Part shown: in pieces, positions 9,754 through 21,131 of the stretch
How the letters are laid out: every line of letters starts with the position of its first letter
Numbering within the stretch: position 1 is the first letter of the stretch
Assembly (NCBI GenBank): GCA_049431025.1
Contig: JBMTCP010000011.1
Location: 285-64,284 of the forward strand
Source of the DNA: Bacteroidia bacterium
Lineage (GTDB): Bacteria > Bacteroidota > Bacteroidia > UBA7662
Direction of reading: 5' to 3'
Length of the DNA stretch: 64,000 nt
Program-made: the position numbers and the translations under genes
Notes under the pieces: generated by a model
What the model was told of the DNA's origin: nothing
The model's database searches: none
What the model saw: only the letters and a program-made list of their open reading frames with translations

Positions 9754-10803
9754 TTGAAATTATCCGAATTTAAATTCGAACTTCCCTCCAGCCTGATTGC
9801 CGCCCAGCCCTTGGTGAACCGGGATGACTCCCGGATGATGGTAATCAACCGCAAGACCCAAACCATCGAACACCGGCAATTCCGGGATATCCTGGACATG
9901 TTTTCAGAAGGCGATAGTCTGGTTTTAAACAATTCCAAGGTATTCCGGGCGCGCATGTACGGCAACAAAGAAAAAACCGGAGCCATGATCGAGGTGTTTT
10001 TGTTGCGGGAATTGAACCCCACGATGCGGATGTGGGATGCCCTGGTGGACCCTGCCCGTAAAATAAGGGTTGGCAACAAGTTGTACTTTGGAGAAAACGA
10101 TGAACTTATTGCTGAAGTCGTGGACAATACCACCTCCAGAGGCCGAACGATACGCTTTATTTTTGACGGGGATGACGAAGGGTACCGCAAGGCCCTCACC
10201 ACCTTCGGAGAAACTCCCCTACCCAAGGAAATGGGCCGGGACGTGCAACCCGAAGACGAAGAACGCTACCAAACCATTTTTGCCAAACGTGTTGGGGCCG
10301 TTGCTGCACCTACCGCAGGCATGCATTTTAGCCGCGCCGTCCTTAAACGGATGGAGTTAATGGGTATTGAAACACCCGAAATCACACTGCACGTGGGATT
10401 GGGCGTTTTTAAACCGGTCGAGGTGGAGGACTTAACCAAACACAAACCCGAATCCGAGTTTTTTGAGGTGGACGAAAACGCTGCTCAAATCATCAACCGC
10501 AGCCTTCAAAATCAGCGCCGAATCTGTGCTGTCGGAACAACCACACTGCGGGCACTCGAAGCCTCCATGTCGGCAGGACGCAAAGTCAAACCCACCACCG
10601 GTTGGACCGACAAATTCATGTTCCCTCCCCATAATTTCCAATTGGCCGATTCTTTGCTCACTAATTTCCAATTACCGGAATCCACGTCGTTAATGATTGC
10701 CTCCTCGTTTGCGGGTCAAGAATTTTTACGCGAGGTCTATCGCGTAGCCATCAGCGAGAAGTACCGATTCTTCGCCTACGGCGACGCACTACTTATCCTA
10801 TAA
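9754..10803 (+). CDS. queA: S-adenosylmethionine:tRNA ribosyltransferase-isomerase
   Basis: LKLSEFKFELPSSLIAAQP matches the QueA N-terminus. The start is set to the TTG at 9754; the longest ORF from 9667 carries an unlikely leader. Confidence 0.85.
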   Translation: MKLSEFKFELPSSLIAAQPLVNRDDSRMMVINRKTQTIEHRQFRDILDMFSEGDSLVLNNSKVFRARMYGNKEKTGAMIEVFLLRELNPTMRMWDALVDPARKIRVGNKLYFGENDELIAEVVDNTTSRGRTIRFIFDGDDEGYRKALTTFGETPLPKEMGRDVQPEDEERYQTIFAKRVGAVAAPTAGMHFSRAVLKRMELMGIETPEITLHVGLGVFKPVEVEDLTKHKPESEFFEVDENAAQIINRSLQNQRRICAVGTTTLRALEASMSAGRKVKPTTGWTDKFMFPPHNFQLADSLLTNFQLPESTSLMIASSFAGQEFLREVYRVAISEKYRFFAYGDALLIL

Positions 10804-10821
10804 TTTCTTTAGTCCTCCATC

Positions 10822-11541
10822 ATGGAATGGCTGGTCTCACTCCTGACCCTTACCGTCCTGGAAATTGTTCTGGGAATTGATAACATTATTTTTATTTCGA
10901 TTCTTACCGACAAATTGCCTGCACTGGAGCGTCGTAAGATTCAACGACTGGGCCTCTTGCTGGCGCTGGGCTTTAGAATAGCCTTGTTGTTGAGCATCAG
11001 TTGGTTGCTCGGTTTGACCGAAGTGCTCTTTACCCTGGGTCCCTGGTCACCCAGCACCAAAGACATGGTGCTCTTGGGGGGAGGTTTGTTTCTGCTGGCT
11101 AAAACCACCTCGGAATTGCATACCAAGGTCAACCATCTCGAGCATCCTAACCATCAACCCCATCAAGCGGAAAGAACTTCTTCCAAAGGGCGGGCTGGAA
11201 GCTGGCTCATAGCTCAAATCGTATTGATTGATATGGTTTTTTCTTTTGATTCCATCCTCACGGCGATCGGGTTGAGTAACCACATTCAGGTCATGATTGC
11301 GGCTATCGTGATTTCTATGGGTGTTATGTTGGCCTTGGCCGATAAAATTGGGCAATTCATCCAAAAACAGCCCTCGCTTCAAATCCTTGCCTTATCCTTT
11401 TTGATGCTTATTGGGTTCATGCTCCTGGTCGAAGGCTTTCATTTTGAAGTACCCAAGGGCTATTTGTATTTCGCTCTGGCGTTTTCAACCACGGTGGAGC
11501 TGTTGCGTCAGCGCTTTGAACGCAAGCAACCCGGAGCTTAG
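10822..11541 (+). CDS. TerC family integral membrane protein
   Basis: Has the TerC signature (LEIVLGIDNIIFISIL...) and multiple TM segments. Confidence 0.8.
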   Translation: MEWLVSLLTLTVLEIVLGIDNIIFISILTDKLPALERRKIQRLGLLLALGFRIALLLSISWLLGLTEVLFTLGPWSPSTKDMVLLGGGLFLLAKTTSELHTKVNHLEHPNHQPHQAERTSSKGRAGSWLIAQIVLIDMVFSFDSILTAIGLSNHIQVMIAAIVISMGVMLALADKIGQFIQKQPSLQILALSFLMLIGFMLLVEGFHFEVPKGYLYFALAFSTTVELLRQRFERKQPGA

Positions 11542-11759
11542 TACTCGTCTTCGTTAAAGAAGAAATCATCCTTGGTCGGGTAATCCGGCCAGATTTCTTC
11601 GATGGTTTCGTACGGTTCCCCGTCATCTTCAAGCTCTTGAAGATTTTCGATGACCTCCATAGGGGCTCCGGAGCGAATGGCGTAATCAATCAATTCCTCC
11701 TTGGTGGCGGGCCAAGGGGCGTCCTCCAGGTGAGAGGCCAATTCGAGCGTCCAATACAT
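11538..11759 (-). CDS. DUF2795 domain protein
   Basis: The C-terminal about 70 aa match the small Bacteroidota DUF2795 family (WPATKEELIDYAIRSGAPMEVIENL). The start is placed at the internal ATG ending at 11759. Confidence 0.5.
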   Translation of the reverse strand: MYWTLELASHLEDAPWPATKEELIDYAIRSGAPMEVIENLQELEDDGEPYETIEEIWPDYPTKDDFFFNEDEY

Positions 11760-11805
11760 AGGTGATTTTGAATTGTTGGCAAAGATAGACGATTGTGTCA
11801 ATCGG

Positions 11806-12378
11806 TCAAGTCCCCCGTTCCGGGTTCCATAAAGTCGCCTCGCAACCGTTGACACGCAGGATATCGCGGGCCAATACAAAGAAGTAATCGGACAATCGGT
11901 TCAATAAAACAAGAATATCGCCCATCCTCAAGGCGTCTTCGGGCAGGGCCTCGGTAAGGGTTACGGTTTGACGCTCTGCCCTTCGGCAAACGGTACGAGC
12001 CACTTGAGCCATTGCAGAATCAGGATGTCCCCCGGCCAATATAAAATTGCGCAAAGGAGGAAGTTCGGCGTCCATTCGGTCCATTTCGTCCTCCAAGAAG
12101 GACACCAGATTCAAGGGGAGTGCGGGAAGTTTCCAGGCCTTGACCTGTTCCCCGTTTTCGGCCGCCAAATGCGAACCCATAACAAACAAGGCCTCCTGAA
12201 TACGGGTCAAGGCAAGGCGATACAAATCCATACCGGGTTGCTCCTTGAGCACCCCAATCCACGCGTTAAGTTCATCCAAGGTTCCGTAGGCCTCAAGGCG
12301 AGGGTCGCTTTTGGAAACCCTCTGGCCACCCAGCAAGGAACTTTGGCCGGCATCTCCCGTTTTAGTGTAAATTTTCAT
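11806..12378 (-). CDS. cob(I)yrinic acid a,c-diamide adenosyltransferase, PduO type
   Basis: MKIYTKTGDAGQSSLLGGQRVSKSDPRLEAYGTLDELN is the PduO/MMAB N-terminal signature. Confidence 0.8.
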   Translation of the reverse strand: MKIYTKTGDAGQSSLLGGQRVSKSDPRLEAYGTLDELNAWIGVLKEQPGMDLYRLALTRIQEALFVMGSHLAAENGEQVKAWKLPALPLNLVSFLEDEMDRMDAELPPLRNFILAGGHPDSAMAQVARTVCRRAERQTVTLTEALPEDALRMGDILVLLNRLSDYFFVLARDILRVNGCEATLWNPERGT

Positions 12379-12406
12379 CGAATAATTGGATCCTTAGGAT
12401 TTGAAT

Positions 12407-13123
12407 TTAGGTCAAAACAACGCCTACCGAATTCTGGTTTTGATCCGATTCAACCACACCATCTTTGAGTCGGACCATGCGATGAGCGTGACGGGCAATA
12501 TCCTCTTCGTGGGTTACCAAAACAATGGTATTGCCCAGGGAATGGATGCGAGCAAAAAGTTCCATAATCTCCACCGAAGTCTTGGAATCTAAATTACCGG
12601 TTGGTTCGTCGGCCAATATCAAGGAAGGTCGGTTGACCAATGCCCTGGCTACCGCAACACGTTGACGCTGACCGCCCGATAATTCGTTGGGCTTATGCGA
12701 TACCCGGTCCCCTAATCCAACTTGCTGGAGCACCTCCATAGCCCTTTCCCGGCGTTGAGTTTCGTTAATTCCGGCATAAATCAAAGGCAACGCAACGTTA
12801 TCCAATGCCGAAAGCCTTGGAAGCAGATTAAACGTTTGGAAGACGAAGCCAATTTCGCTGTTGCGTATTTCGGCCAATCGATTGTCGCTCAATCCGGCGA
12901 CATCATGACCGTTAAGCCAATAAGATCCAGCACTAGGGGAATCAAGGCAACCAATCAAATTCATCAAGGTCGATTTTCCGGATCCCGATGGCCCCATGAG
13001 AGCGACGTACTCGTTGCGTGCAATGGTCAAATCCACACCCCGAAGTGCGTAAATGGTTTCATCGCCCATGCGGTACAGGCGCTGTACCCCTTGAAGGGTA
13101 ATAACATTTCCCTTGGGGTTCAT
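12407..13123 (-). CDS. ABC transporter ATP-binding protein (LolD/MacB-type)
   Basis: Walker A (GPSGSGKST), signature motif ([15 protein letters not shown]) and Walker B ([11 protein letters not shown]) are all present. Confidence 0.85.
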   Translation of the reverse strand: MNPKGNVITLQGVQRLYRMGDETIYALRGVDLTIARNEYVALMGPSGSGKSTLMNLIGCLDSPSAGSYWLNGHDVAGLSDNRLAEIRNSEIGFVFQTFNLLPRLSALDNVALPLIYAGINETQRRERAMEVLQQVGLGDRVSHKPNELSGGQRQRVAVARALVNRPSLILADEPTGNLDSKTSVEIMELFARIHSLGNTIVLVTHEEDIARHAHRMVRLKDGVVESDQNQNSVGVVLT

Positions 13124-13419
13124 CCTCCGGCTTTTTTGAGCACTTTGGGAACACGGAAATAATCCGAATCCTTGGCCGGTGCGTTGAGGAGGGCTTCTTC
13201 GTGGCTGCTTTGACCCATAATCCGATCAGCGCGTGGTGGTTGTCCATCAGGGTTCATGTAGACCAAGGGCTCTACCCCTTCCGTTGGGGCCTGGTCCAGA
13301 ATTTTGGCGTATTCCAAAAATCGATTCATATCCTCAAGCATGGCATCTGCTCGGGTTGGATCCCATTCCAAACGGGCCAAATGAGCGATTCGTTGAAGGG
13401 TTTCAAGGTTGACTTTCAT
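13120..13419 (-). CDS. gatC: Asp/Glu-tRNA amidotransferase subunit C
   Basis: A 99-aa protein; [16 protein letters not shown]...YMNPDG is typical of GatC. Its start codon overlaps the preceding gene's stop. Confidence 0.75.
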   Translation of the reverse strand: MKVNLETLQRIAHLARLEWDPTRADAMLEDMNRFLEYAKILDQAPTEGVEPLVYMNPDGQPPRADRIMGQSSHEEALLNAPAKDSDYFRVPKVLKKAGG

Positions 13420-13433
13420 GTTGGTCGGTCTTT

Positions 13434-14231
13434 TTAAAGGGGTGCCGATTTTGTTAAATCCTGAGCAATCATTTCAAAACATCGGTTCCGTAAACTCCTT
13501 TCGTCCGGGTATTGCTCCGAAACCGCTTGGGGTTCCAAAATCCTCACCCGACACAAACCGGGTCTCAAAAAGTGCAGGGGGCATTCGGGAAGGATTTTCC
13601 AGGTATCGGGCAAAGATACGGGCAAGACCGTGGCACCCTGTTGAAGGGCCATCGCAAAAGGAGATACCCTAAAGGGTATCATGGAAGGAGCTTGACCCAG
13701 AATGCCACCTTCAGGAAAAACCACCACCGCGGAACCGGGTTTCCAAAAGGCTTCTGCACGCTGATAAGCCTTGACGGAGCCTTGGGCAGAACCCCTGGGA
13801 ATAGCAATATCCATGGTCCTAAAAAAATGATGAAAAAAAGGAATTCGAAGCAGTTCTGATTTGGCGACAAAATGCAAATCCAAGGGTAATGCTGCGGCCA
13901 GAACCGGTATATCCAGGTAAGAAAAATGATTGGCCACGATGACGAGGCGGGGGTTGTCCAAGGGTATTTTACCCTCGACACGAATTTGGATTCCAAACAA
14001 AAAGGCGATGCTTCGACCCCAAACCCTCCGCCAACGTAATGCGTACACATAGCGCTTGGGGCTTGCCATACACCAACGAAAAAAAGGATACGACAAACCA
14101 AAAAACAGAGCGAAATAAAACAAACAGAGGTAGGCTCTTCCCCGGTAGTAGGCGAAAGTCCAGGCTTGACGACGCACCGCTTGATACAATTCTTCAGCGC
14201 TTTGGGGGCCTGGGCCTGATGGCGTCATCAT
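13434..14231 (-). CDS. 1-acyl-sn-glycerol-3-phosphate acyltransferase (PlsC family)
   Basis: Has the NHFSYLD (HX4D) acyltransferase motif and the FPEGG motif, plus an N-terminal TM segment. Confidence 0.8.
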   Translation of the reverse strand: MMTPSGPGPQSAEELYQAVRRQAWTFAYYRGRAYLCLFYFALFFGLSYPFFRWCMASPKRYVYALRWRRVWGRSIAFLFGIQIRVEGKIPLDNPRLVIVANHFSYLDIPVLAAALPLDLHFVAKSELLRIPFFHHFFRTMDIAIPRGSAQGSVKAYQRAEAFWKPGSAVVVFPEGGILGQAPSMIPFRVSPFAMALQQGATVLPVSLPDTWKILPECPLHFLRPGLCRVRILEPQAVSEQYPDERSLRNRCFEMIAQDLTKSAPL

Positions 14232-14267
14232 GGGTCAAGATAAGGGGTCAGGCCCGTATTTTGCATC

Positions 14268-15269
14268 ATGGAGAACACGATCAAAGTCGTATCTGGAATT
14301 CGTTCCACGGGACGTTTGCATTTGGGAAATTATATGGGCGCGTTGCGTCAATTTGTTGACATGCAATCACGGCATACCTGTTATTTTTTTATTGCCGACT
14401 ACCACGCCTTAACTACCCATCCCGAACCCGGTTTGGCCAGTCAAAGGGTCCGTACGGTCTTGACCGAGTATTTGGCTGCGGGTTTGGATCCTGAACAATG
14501 CACCCTTTATGTCCAAAGCGACTTGCCTCAAACTGCTGAACTGTACTTGCTTCTCAATATGCATGCGTATGTCGGCGAGTTGGAACGGTGCACCTCCTTC
14601 AAGGATAAAGTTCGTTCCCAGCCGAACAATGTTAACGCCGGCCTATTGACCTACCCCGTACTTATGGCCGCCGATATCCTTATTCACCGTGGTCAACAGG
14701 TGCCGGTCGGCAAAGACCAGGAACAGAACCTGGAAATGGCCAGGAATTTCGCCCAACGCTTTAACCACTTTTACCACGTGGATTGGTTTCCGGAGCCTCA
14801 ACCTTACCGTGCCACTTCCCAACAGGAACTTGTTAAGGTACCCGGTTTGGATGGTAGCGGCAAAATGGGCAAATCCGAGGGGGAAGGCAATGCTATTTTT
14901 TTGGCCGAAGACCCCGCATCAATCCGCAAAAAAATCATGCGCGCGGTCACGGATACGGGACCTACCCAACCCAACAGCCAACCGGAGGGCGCAGTGGCGA
15001 ATCTCTACGCTTTAATGGAAATGGTCTCTCCACCCGATGTAGTTAGCGCCTTTCGGACTGATTTTGCTGCCTGTACGGTTCGGTACGGGGACCTCAAAAA
15101 GCAATTGGCCGATGATATGGTTCAATTTCTGGCGCCATTACGGGATAAAATCCTTGATTTGGAGGGTCAACCCCGTCTTGTCGAAGAAATCCGCCGCCAT
15201 GGAGCGGAAAAAGCCCATCAATCCGCCCGGGAAACCTTGGAAAAGGTGAGAGAAATCATGGGTTTCTAG
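14268..15269 (+). CDS. trpS: tryptophan--tRNA ligase
   Basis: Class I HIGH motif (TGRLHLGNYMG) and KMSKS-like motif (KMGKS) are present. Confidence 0.9.
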   Translation: MENTIKVVSGIRSTGRLHLGNYMGALRQFVDMQSRHTCYFFIADYHALTTHPEPGLASQRVRTVLTEYLAAGLDPEQCTLYVQSDLPQTAELYLLLNMHAYVGELERCTSFKDKVRSQPNNVNAGLLTYPVLMAADILIHRGQQVPVGKDQEQNLEMARNFAQRFNHFYHVDWFPEPQPYRATSQQELVKVPGLDGSGKMGKSEGEGNAIFLAEDPASIRKKIMRAVTDTGPTQPNSQPEGAVANLYALMEMVSPPDVVSAFRTDFAACTVRYGDLKKQLADDMVQFLAPLRDKILDLEGQPRLVEEIRRHGAEKAHQSARETLEKVREIMGF

Positions 15270-15285
15270 GGTATATTCGTCGTCC

Positions 15286-15906
15286 ATGAGCAAACACATC
15301 GCCGTTGCTGGCAATATTGGGTCCGGCAAAACCACCCTAACCGAAATGCTAGCACGTCATTACGGGTGGGAACCTCATTTTGAGGAAGTTGATCACAACC
15401 CCTACCTCAATGATTTTTATGAGGACATGCAGCGTTGGTCCTTCAACCTTCAGATTTATTTTTTGAATTCCAGGTACCGCCAGAACCAGGAAATGACGGC
15501 CAAGTCACACCCCACGGTTCAAGACCGGACCATCTACGAAGACGCCCATATTTTTGCACCGAACCTCCACGCCATGGGTCTGATGAGTACCCGGGATTTT
15601 GACAATTACAGCCGTCTTTTTGAGGCCATGAGTGCTCATTTGCAGGCGCCGGATCTTCTCATCTATCTGCGTGCCTCTGTTCCAACCCTTGTTCGTCAAA
15701 TCCAAAAAAGAGGTCGCGATTTTGAGGATAATATTCGTTTGGATTACCTCAAGCGGCTCAACGAACGCTACGAAGCATGGATTGAAAATTACCAGCAAGG
15801 CAAACTTTTAATTATCCCTGTGGATCAAATCAATTTTGCCGAAAAACCCGAGGATTTTGGTGAAATTATTCACAAAATCGAAACCGAATTGGGAGGATTA
15901 TTTTAA
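15286..15906 (+). CDS. deoxynucleoside kinase
   Basis: P-loop IAVAGNIGSGKTTL and dCK/dGK-family fold motifs are present. Confidence 0.8.
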   Translation: MSKHIAVAGNIGSGKTTLTEMLARHYGWEPHFEEVDHNPYLNDFYEDMQRWSFNLQIYFLNSRYRQNQEMTAKSHPTVQDRTIYEDAHIFAPNLHAMGLMSTRDFDNYSRLFEAMSAHLQAPDLLIYLRASVPTLVRQIQKRGRDFEDNIRLDYLKRLNERYEAWIENYQQGKLLIIPVDQINFAEKPEDFGEIIHKIETELGGLF

Positions 15907-15939
15907 TACTCCTCTCGACTACTCACCCTCCTACCCTCC

Positions 15940-15975
15940 AAAAAAAACGGGCCTTGCTTTGGTAGCAAGACCCGT
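15940..15975. terminator. Bidirectional rho-independent terminator between the deoxynucleoside kinase (+) and pyrophosphatase (-) genes
   Basis: An A8 run, then the imperfect hairpin ACGGGCCTTGC...GCAAGACCCGT. On the minus strand this reads as a hairpin followed by T8. Confidence 0.5.
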
Positions 15976-16004
15976 CTGTAACAACGAATGAAAATTCTGC
16001 GCCC

Positions 16005-18329
16005 TTAAGGAGCAACCGGTGCAGGCTGCTCAGCAGCAGGGGCTTGCTCTGCAGGAACCTCCGTGGACTGGACTGTTTCGATTACAGGAGCAACCGGAGC
16101 AACCGCTGTCTTGATCTTGTCTTTGTCCACCAATGCTGGAGCCATTACCAGGGCAACAACTGAAATGAGTTTTAACAAAATATTGAGCGAGGGCCCAGAG
16201 GTATCCTTAAAAGGATCACCCACCGTATCACCCACAACAGCTGCTTTGTGTGGCTCTGATTTTTTGTAATAGGTTTTGCCGTTGATTTCAACGCCTTCTT
16301 CGAACATTTTCTTGGCGTTGTCCCAAGCTCCACCGGCGTTGGATTGAAAGATGGCCATCAAAACACCTGAAACGGTCACACCGGCCAACATGCCCCCCAA
16401 AGGTTCGGCTCCAAAGATGAAGCCAACAACGACCGGCACCGCCACCGCCAAGAGACCGGGCAGAACCATTTCGCGGATCGCTGCTTTGGTGGAGATTTCA
16501 ACACATTTTCCATACTCTGCAACCCCATCGGCCTGATGAAAAATCGCCTGATCTTCGGAAGACCAATCTTTGATCTCTTTGTCCCCGTTACGACGCATGG
16601 CCTCCAAAGCGGCCTTGAGGGCAGGGATGGAATTGAACTGGCGTCGAACTTCTTCAATCATGGACATAGCGGCGCGCCCTACAGCACCCATAGCCATGGC
16701 CGAGAAAACAAAGGGCAACATGGCCCCGATGAACAAACAAGCTATCACATTGGCTTTGGAAATGTCAATGCTAGCAATACCAGCCGACGACATGTACGCA
16801 CCAAACAAAGCCAAGGCTGTCAATGCAGCGGACGCAATGGCAAAGCCTTTGCCAATTGCCGCTGTGGTATTACCCACAGCATCCAATTTATCGGTACGCT
16901 GACGAACCTCCTTGGGCAATTCACTCATTTCGGCAATACCCCCGGCATTATCCGAGATTGGACCGTAGGCATCAACCGCCAACTGAATCCCGGTATTGGC
17001 CAACATACCCACGGCAGCAATCGCAATACCGTAGAGGCCTCCAAAATAAAAGGCACCAATGATACTGCCCGCAATCAACAAAATAGGAATCGCGGTGGAC
17101 ATCATCCCCACTCCGAGGCCGGCAATAATATTGGTCGCTGCTCCCGTAGAGGACTGACGCACAATGGATAAGACTGGCTTCTTGCCGGTACCGGTATAGT
17201 ATTCCGTGACTAAACCCACGAGTACACCGGCAACTAAACCGATAATGGTTGCATAGAATATGCCCATTGCCGTGTAATGGTTTCCAAGCTCAGGATTTTC
17301 CCAAGCGTACAAGGGGTCTTTGAACCACCATTCGGCGGGCAACATCCAGTTGATAATAAAATAGGAAGCCAGAATCATTAAACCCGCTGACAAAAACTCA
17401 CCCATGTTCAAGGCCTTTTGGGGATCGCCTCCCTCACGGGTTTTAACAAAAAAGGTACCCAGAATGGACATGATAATTCCGGTGCCAGCGAGAACCAAAG
17501 GAAGGAGAACACCGGATAAACCATTGAATTGGTCGGCAAAGCCACCGGCCATAAAAGCGGCACCCAAAACCATGGTTCCGACAATGGAACCCACGTAGGA
17601 TTCAAAAAGGTCAGCACCCATACCGGCTACATCACCCACATTATCACCGACGTTATCGGCGATAGTGGCTGGGTTCAAGGGATGGTCCTCCGGGATGCCC
17701 GCTTCGACTTTACCAACCAGGTCAGCACCCACGTCGGCAGCCTTGGTGTAGATACCACCACCAACACGGGCAAAGAGGGCAATGGATGACGCACCAAAAG
17801 AAAAGCCGGTGATCACCGTAATGACCTTGTTCACTGAAGCCTGATCGCCGATACCGAATTGCCCAGCAAAGAAGATAAACAAAAGGCTCAGACCCAAAAC
17901 ACCCAAGCCAACAACGCCCATGCCCATTACGGAACCACCTGCAAAGGCAATTTCAAGGGCTTTGGATAAGCCGGTACGGGCTGCGTTGGCGGTACGAACA
18001 TTGGCCTTGGTGGCCACTTGCATACCTATAAAGCCGGCCAAACCGGAACAAAGGGCACCAACCACAAAGGACAAACCAACCATCGGGGATGAGGTCTCCG
18101 CAGGGCTGGTTACTGCCAATAAAACAGCAACACAAGCGACGAAAACTGCTAGAATCTTATATTCTGCTTTGAGAAAGGCCATCGCACCTTCGGCGATATG
18201 ACCGGCAATTTTGCGCATTTTGGCATCGCCCGGATCTTGGGCAGCCACCCAGGAAGACTTCCAAAAGGTGAAAAGCAGACCGGCAACCCCACAAAGAGGC
18301 ACCAAATAAAGAAGGGTTTGTGTACTCAT
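16005..18329 (-). CDS. hppA: membrane-bound H+/Na+-translocating pyrophosphatase
   Basis: A 774-aa polytopic protein with the conserved V-PPase motifs (GGG[I/V][23 protein letters not shown]). Confidence 0.9.
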   Translation of the reverse strand: MSTQTLLYLVPLCGVAGLLFTFWKSSWVAAQDPGDAKMRKIAGHIAEGAMAFLKAEYKILAVFVACVAVLLAVTSPAETSSPMVGLSFVVGALCSGLAGFIGMQVATKANVRTANAARTGLSKALEIAFAGGSVMGMGVVGLGVLGLSLLFIFFAGQFGIGDQASVNKVITVITGFSFGASSIALFARVGGGIYTKAADVGADLVGKVEAGIPEDHPLNPATIADNVGDNVGDVAGMGADLFESYVGSIVGTMVLGAAFMAGGFADQFNGLSGVLLPLVLAGTGIIMSILGTFFVKTREGGDPQKALNMGEFLSAGLMILASYFIINWMLPAEWWFKDPLYAWENPELGNHYTAMGIFYATIIGLVAGVLVGLVTEYYTGTGKKPVLSIVRQSSTGAATNIIAGLGVGMMSTAIPILLIAGSIIGAFYFGGLYGIAIAAVGMLANTGIQLAVDAYGPISDNAGGIAEMSELPKEVRQRTDKLDAVGNTTAAIGKGFAIASAALTALALFGAYMSSAGIASIDISKANVIACLFIGAMLPFVFSAMAMGAVGRAAMSMIEEVRRQFNSIPALKAALEAMRRNGDKEIKDWSSEDQAIFHQADGVAEYGKCVEISTKAAIREMVLPGLLAVAVPVVVGFIFGAEPLGGMLAGVTVSGVLMAIFQSNAGGAWDNAKKMFEEGVEINGKTYYKKSEPHKAAVVGDTVGDPFKDTSGPSLNILLKLISVVALVMAPALVDKDKIKTAVAPVAPVIETVQSTEVPAEQAPAAEQPAPVAP

Positions 18330-18378
18330 AAAGATTTTTTAGAAAAGCAGGCGCAAAGATAGGCCCGCAGACTAGGAA

Positions 18379-19767
18379 TCAGGCCTCCCATATCTTGCCG
18401 GGATTAAGGAGACCCTGGGGGTCAAAAACAGCCTTGATTCCTCGCATTAGCTGAATTTGAACGGGATCCACCGCCACATTCAGGTATTTCTTTTGGGACC
18501 ATCCGATGCCATGTTCTCCGGAGAGTGTACCACCCAAACTGCGTACAAAAACAAAAAGCTCCCGTATCGCGGTAGGAATACGCTCCTTCCAAACCTCTTC
18601 CGGTATTTGTTCTTTGAGAATATTGATATGCAGATTACCGTCACCGGCATGCCCGTAACAAACCGAACGAAAACCATAGGCCAGCCCCAGGGCTTTGACC
18701 TTGGCCACCAAGGCCGGCAAGGCCGTCATGGGAACTACCGTATCTTCCTCCAAATAAACCGAATGGGCCCGCACGGCATGCCCAATCTGTCGTCTCAACA
18801 TCCAGAGGGCTTCTTTGCGGTCAGCCTGATCGGCCAAGCGAATTTCCCCAGCTCCATGGGCTTCCAAAATTGGACAGAGATGTTCAGCCTGCTCCATCAG
18901 TTGCTCCATGCTATCCCCGTCCAGCTCCAAAAGTAGTTCGGCTTGTACGTCTGACGTATAAGGCAGGTCCATCCCCAAATACCGGGCCGATAATTCCAGG
19001 GCTTCGCGTTCCATAAATTCCACCGCCGATGGACGAATACCGCTAGCCGAGATGGCAGCTACAGCCCTGCAAGCGCTTTCCAGGTCCAAAAAAGGGACCG
19101 AAAGCAAGACATTCACCTTGGGGGCAGGTATGAGCCGAAAAACGGCTTTGGTGATTACGCCCAGTGTTCCCTCGCTACCCACCATCAACTGGGTCAGATG
19201 ATAGCCCGTTGCGTATTTGGAAACCGAAGCTCCGGTCCAAAACAGGGTTCCATCCATGAGCGCAACTTCCAGATTAAGTACGTAATCCTTGGTCGTCCCG
19301 TACTTGAACGCATGCGGTCCACCAGCCGACTCGGCCAAATTTCCCCCGATGGTGCAGGTACCTCTGGACGATGGATCCGGGGGATAATAGAGACCATAGG
19401 CTTGAACGGCCTCCTGCATGACCTGGGTTATGACCCCAGGTTCCACGGTCACTTGGAGGTTATCAACATCGATGGAGAGGATGCGATTCAAACGAGCGGT
19501 ACTGAGGACCAAGCCCCCTTGAACCGGTAAAGCGCCTCCGCTTAGCCCCGTTCCTCCTCCCCTGCAGGTCACCGGGACGCTGTGCTTTTGACAACAAGCC
19601 AAAACGGCCGCAACTTCCGATGCTTGGTCCGGGAAGACCACGATATCGGGCACAAACAGCCAATCTTCGGTCTCATCACGACCGTAGGCCTCGGTTGCCG
19701 AGGTCAAAACCTGCTCTTCGGGAAGCAAAGCGAGGATTTCCTCCAAAAAAGCGCTTGTCAATGCCAT
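18379..19767 (-). CDS. FAD-linked oxidase (GlcD / D-lactate dehydrogenase-like)
   Basis: Has the FAD-binding PCMH domain (VPVTCRGGGTGLSGGALP) and a C-terminal FAD-oxidase domain. The start is placed at the internal ATG ending at 19767, which removes an overlap with the divergent E2 gene. Confidence 0.8.
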   Translation of the reverse strand: MALTSAFLEEILALLPEEQVLTSATEAYGRDETEDWLFVPDIVVFPDQASEVAAVLACCQKHSVPVTCRGGGTGLSGGALPVQGGLVLSTARLNRILSIDVDNLQVTVEPGVITQVMQEAVQAYGLYYPPDPSSRGTCTIGGNLAESAGGPHAFKYGTTKDYVLNLEVALMDGTLFWTGASVSKYATGYHLTQLMVGSEGTLGVITKAVFRLIPAPKVNVLLSVPFLDLESACRAVAAISASGIRPSAVEFMEREALELSARYLGMDLPYTSDVQAELLLELDGDSMEQLMEQAEHLCPILEAHGAGEIRLADQADRKEALWMLRRQIGHAVRAHSVYLEEDTVVPMTALPALVAKVKALGLAYGFRSVCYGHAGDGNLHINILKEQIPEEVWKERIPTAIRELFVFVRSLGGTLSGEHGIGWSQKKYLNVAVDPVQIQLMRGIKAVFDPQGLLNPGKIWEA

Positions 19768-19849
19768 GAGCCAAAAATATTGAATTAATTTTGCGGTTCT
19801 TCCAGCCGAATGGAAACTTACCTGGAACTCTGAAAACCTACCATACACC

Positions 19850-21106
19850 ATGGCCGAAATCATACGCATGCCCAAAATGAGCGATACCATGACCGAAGGG
19901 GTCGTGGTAGCCTGGCACAAAAAAGTTGGAGACACCGTCAAAGTGGGGGACATTCTCGCCGAAGTGGAAACCGACAAAGCCACCATGGAATTGGAGAATT
20001 ACGTTAAAGGGGTCCTTCTGCACATCGGAATCGAACAAGGACAAGCGGTCCCCGTGGATGCCTTAATCGCTATTGTTGGTAAGGAAGGCGAAGACGTCTC
20101 TGCGCTTTTGGCCGGAGGATCAGCAGACCCTGTCGGCGATGCCAAAGCACCTCTTGCACCCGAAGTTTCAACAGCACAACCCGAAGCGGCCGCTCCTGAG
20201 GCTGCGGAAGTCACTACCGGCGAAGGTCAGCGTATCAAGGCCAGTCCTTTGGCCCGCAAATTGGCTGCAGAACAAGGCCTCGACTTGAGCCGAATCCAAG
20301 GCAGTGGCGACAACGGGCGCATTATCCGTCGCGATCTCCAAGGCGCTCCATCGGCGTCGGCGCTCGCCGTTACCCCATCGGCCCCCGACTTGAGCGCTTG
20401 GCTTAACCGACCTGCAGGTCAAGGTGAATCGTTCACCGACCAGCCGCTCAGTCAAATGCGCAAAACCATTGCCCGCCGCTTGACTGAATCCAAAAACGCT
20501 GCGCCTCATTTCTACCTCACGATGGAAATTGACATGGACCAAGCGGTCGAAGCCCGTCAGCGGCTAAACCAAAATGCTCCGGTCAAAATCTCGGTGAACG
20601 ATTTGGTGATCAAAGCGGCTGCTATGGCGCTACGTCAACACCCTGCCGTCAATTCTTCTTGGCTGGGGGATCGTATACGCCAAAACAACCATATCCATAT
20701 CGGGGTTGCAATGGCCTTGCCCGATGGCTTGGTCGTTCCCGTTTTGCGTTTTGCTGACCAAAAGAATTTGGTTCAAATTGCAACCCAAACCAAAGAATAC
20801 GCGGGCAAAGCCAAAGAAAAGAAACTACAACCTCAAGACTGGGAGGGTAATACCTTTACCATTAGCAACTTGGGCATGTTTGGTATCGAAGCCTTTACGG
20901 CCATCATTAACCCACCCGATGCCTGTATTCTGGCGGTAGGGGCGGTTCGCGAATGCGCCGTTGTTCGCGATGGGCAATTAGGTGTAGGTCAACGGATGAC
21001 CGTCACCCTTAGCTGCGATCACCGGGTTGTGGATGGGGCAACAGGTGCAGCCTTTCTCCAGAGTCTATCCCTGATGTTAAGGGATCCTGTTTCAATGTTG
21101 TTGTAA
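19850..21106 (+). CDS. dihydrolipoamide acyltransferase (2-oxo acid dehydrogenase E2 component)
   Basis: Has an N-terminal lipoyl domain (VETDKATMELE), an Ala/Pro linker, an E3-binding domain, and the catalytic domain ending ...DHRVVDGA. Confidence 0.85.
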   Translation: MAEIIRMPKMSDTMTEGVVVAWHKKVGDTVKVGDILAEVETDKATMELENYVKGVLLHIGIEQGQAVPVDALIAIVGKEGEDVSALLAGGSADPVGDAKAPLAPEVSTAQPEAAAPEAAEVTTGEGQRIKASPLARKLAAEQGLDLSRIQGSGDNGRIIRRDLQGAPSASALAVTPSAPDLSAWLNRPAGQGESFTDQPLSQMRKTIARRLTESKNAAPHFYLTMEIDMDQAVEARQRLNQNAPVKISVNDLVIKAAAMALRQHPAVNSSWLGDRIRQNNHIHIGVAMALPDGLVVPVLRFADQKNLVQIATQTKEYAGKAKEKKLQPQDWEGNTFTISNLGMFGIEAFTAIINPPDACILAVGAVRECAVVRDGQLGVGQRMTVTLSCDHRVVDGATGAAFLQSLSLMLRDPVSMLL

Positions 21107-21131
21107 CACAACCTCTTTAAGCAGGTCTTGA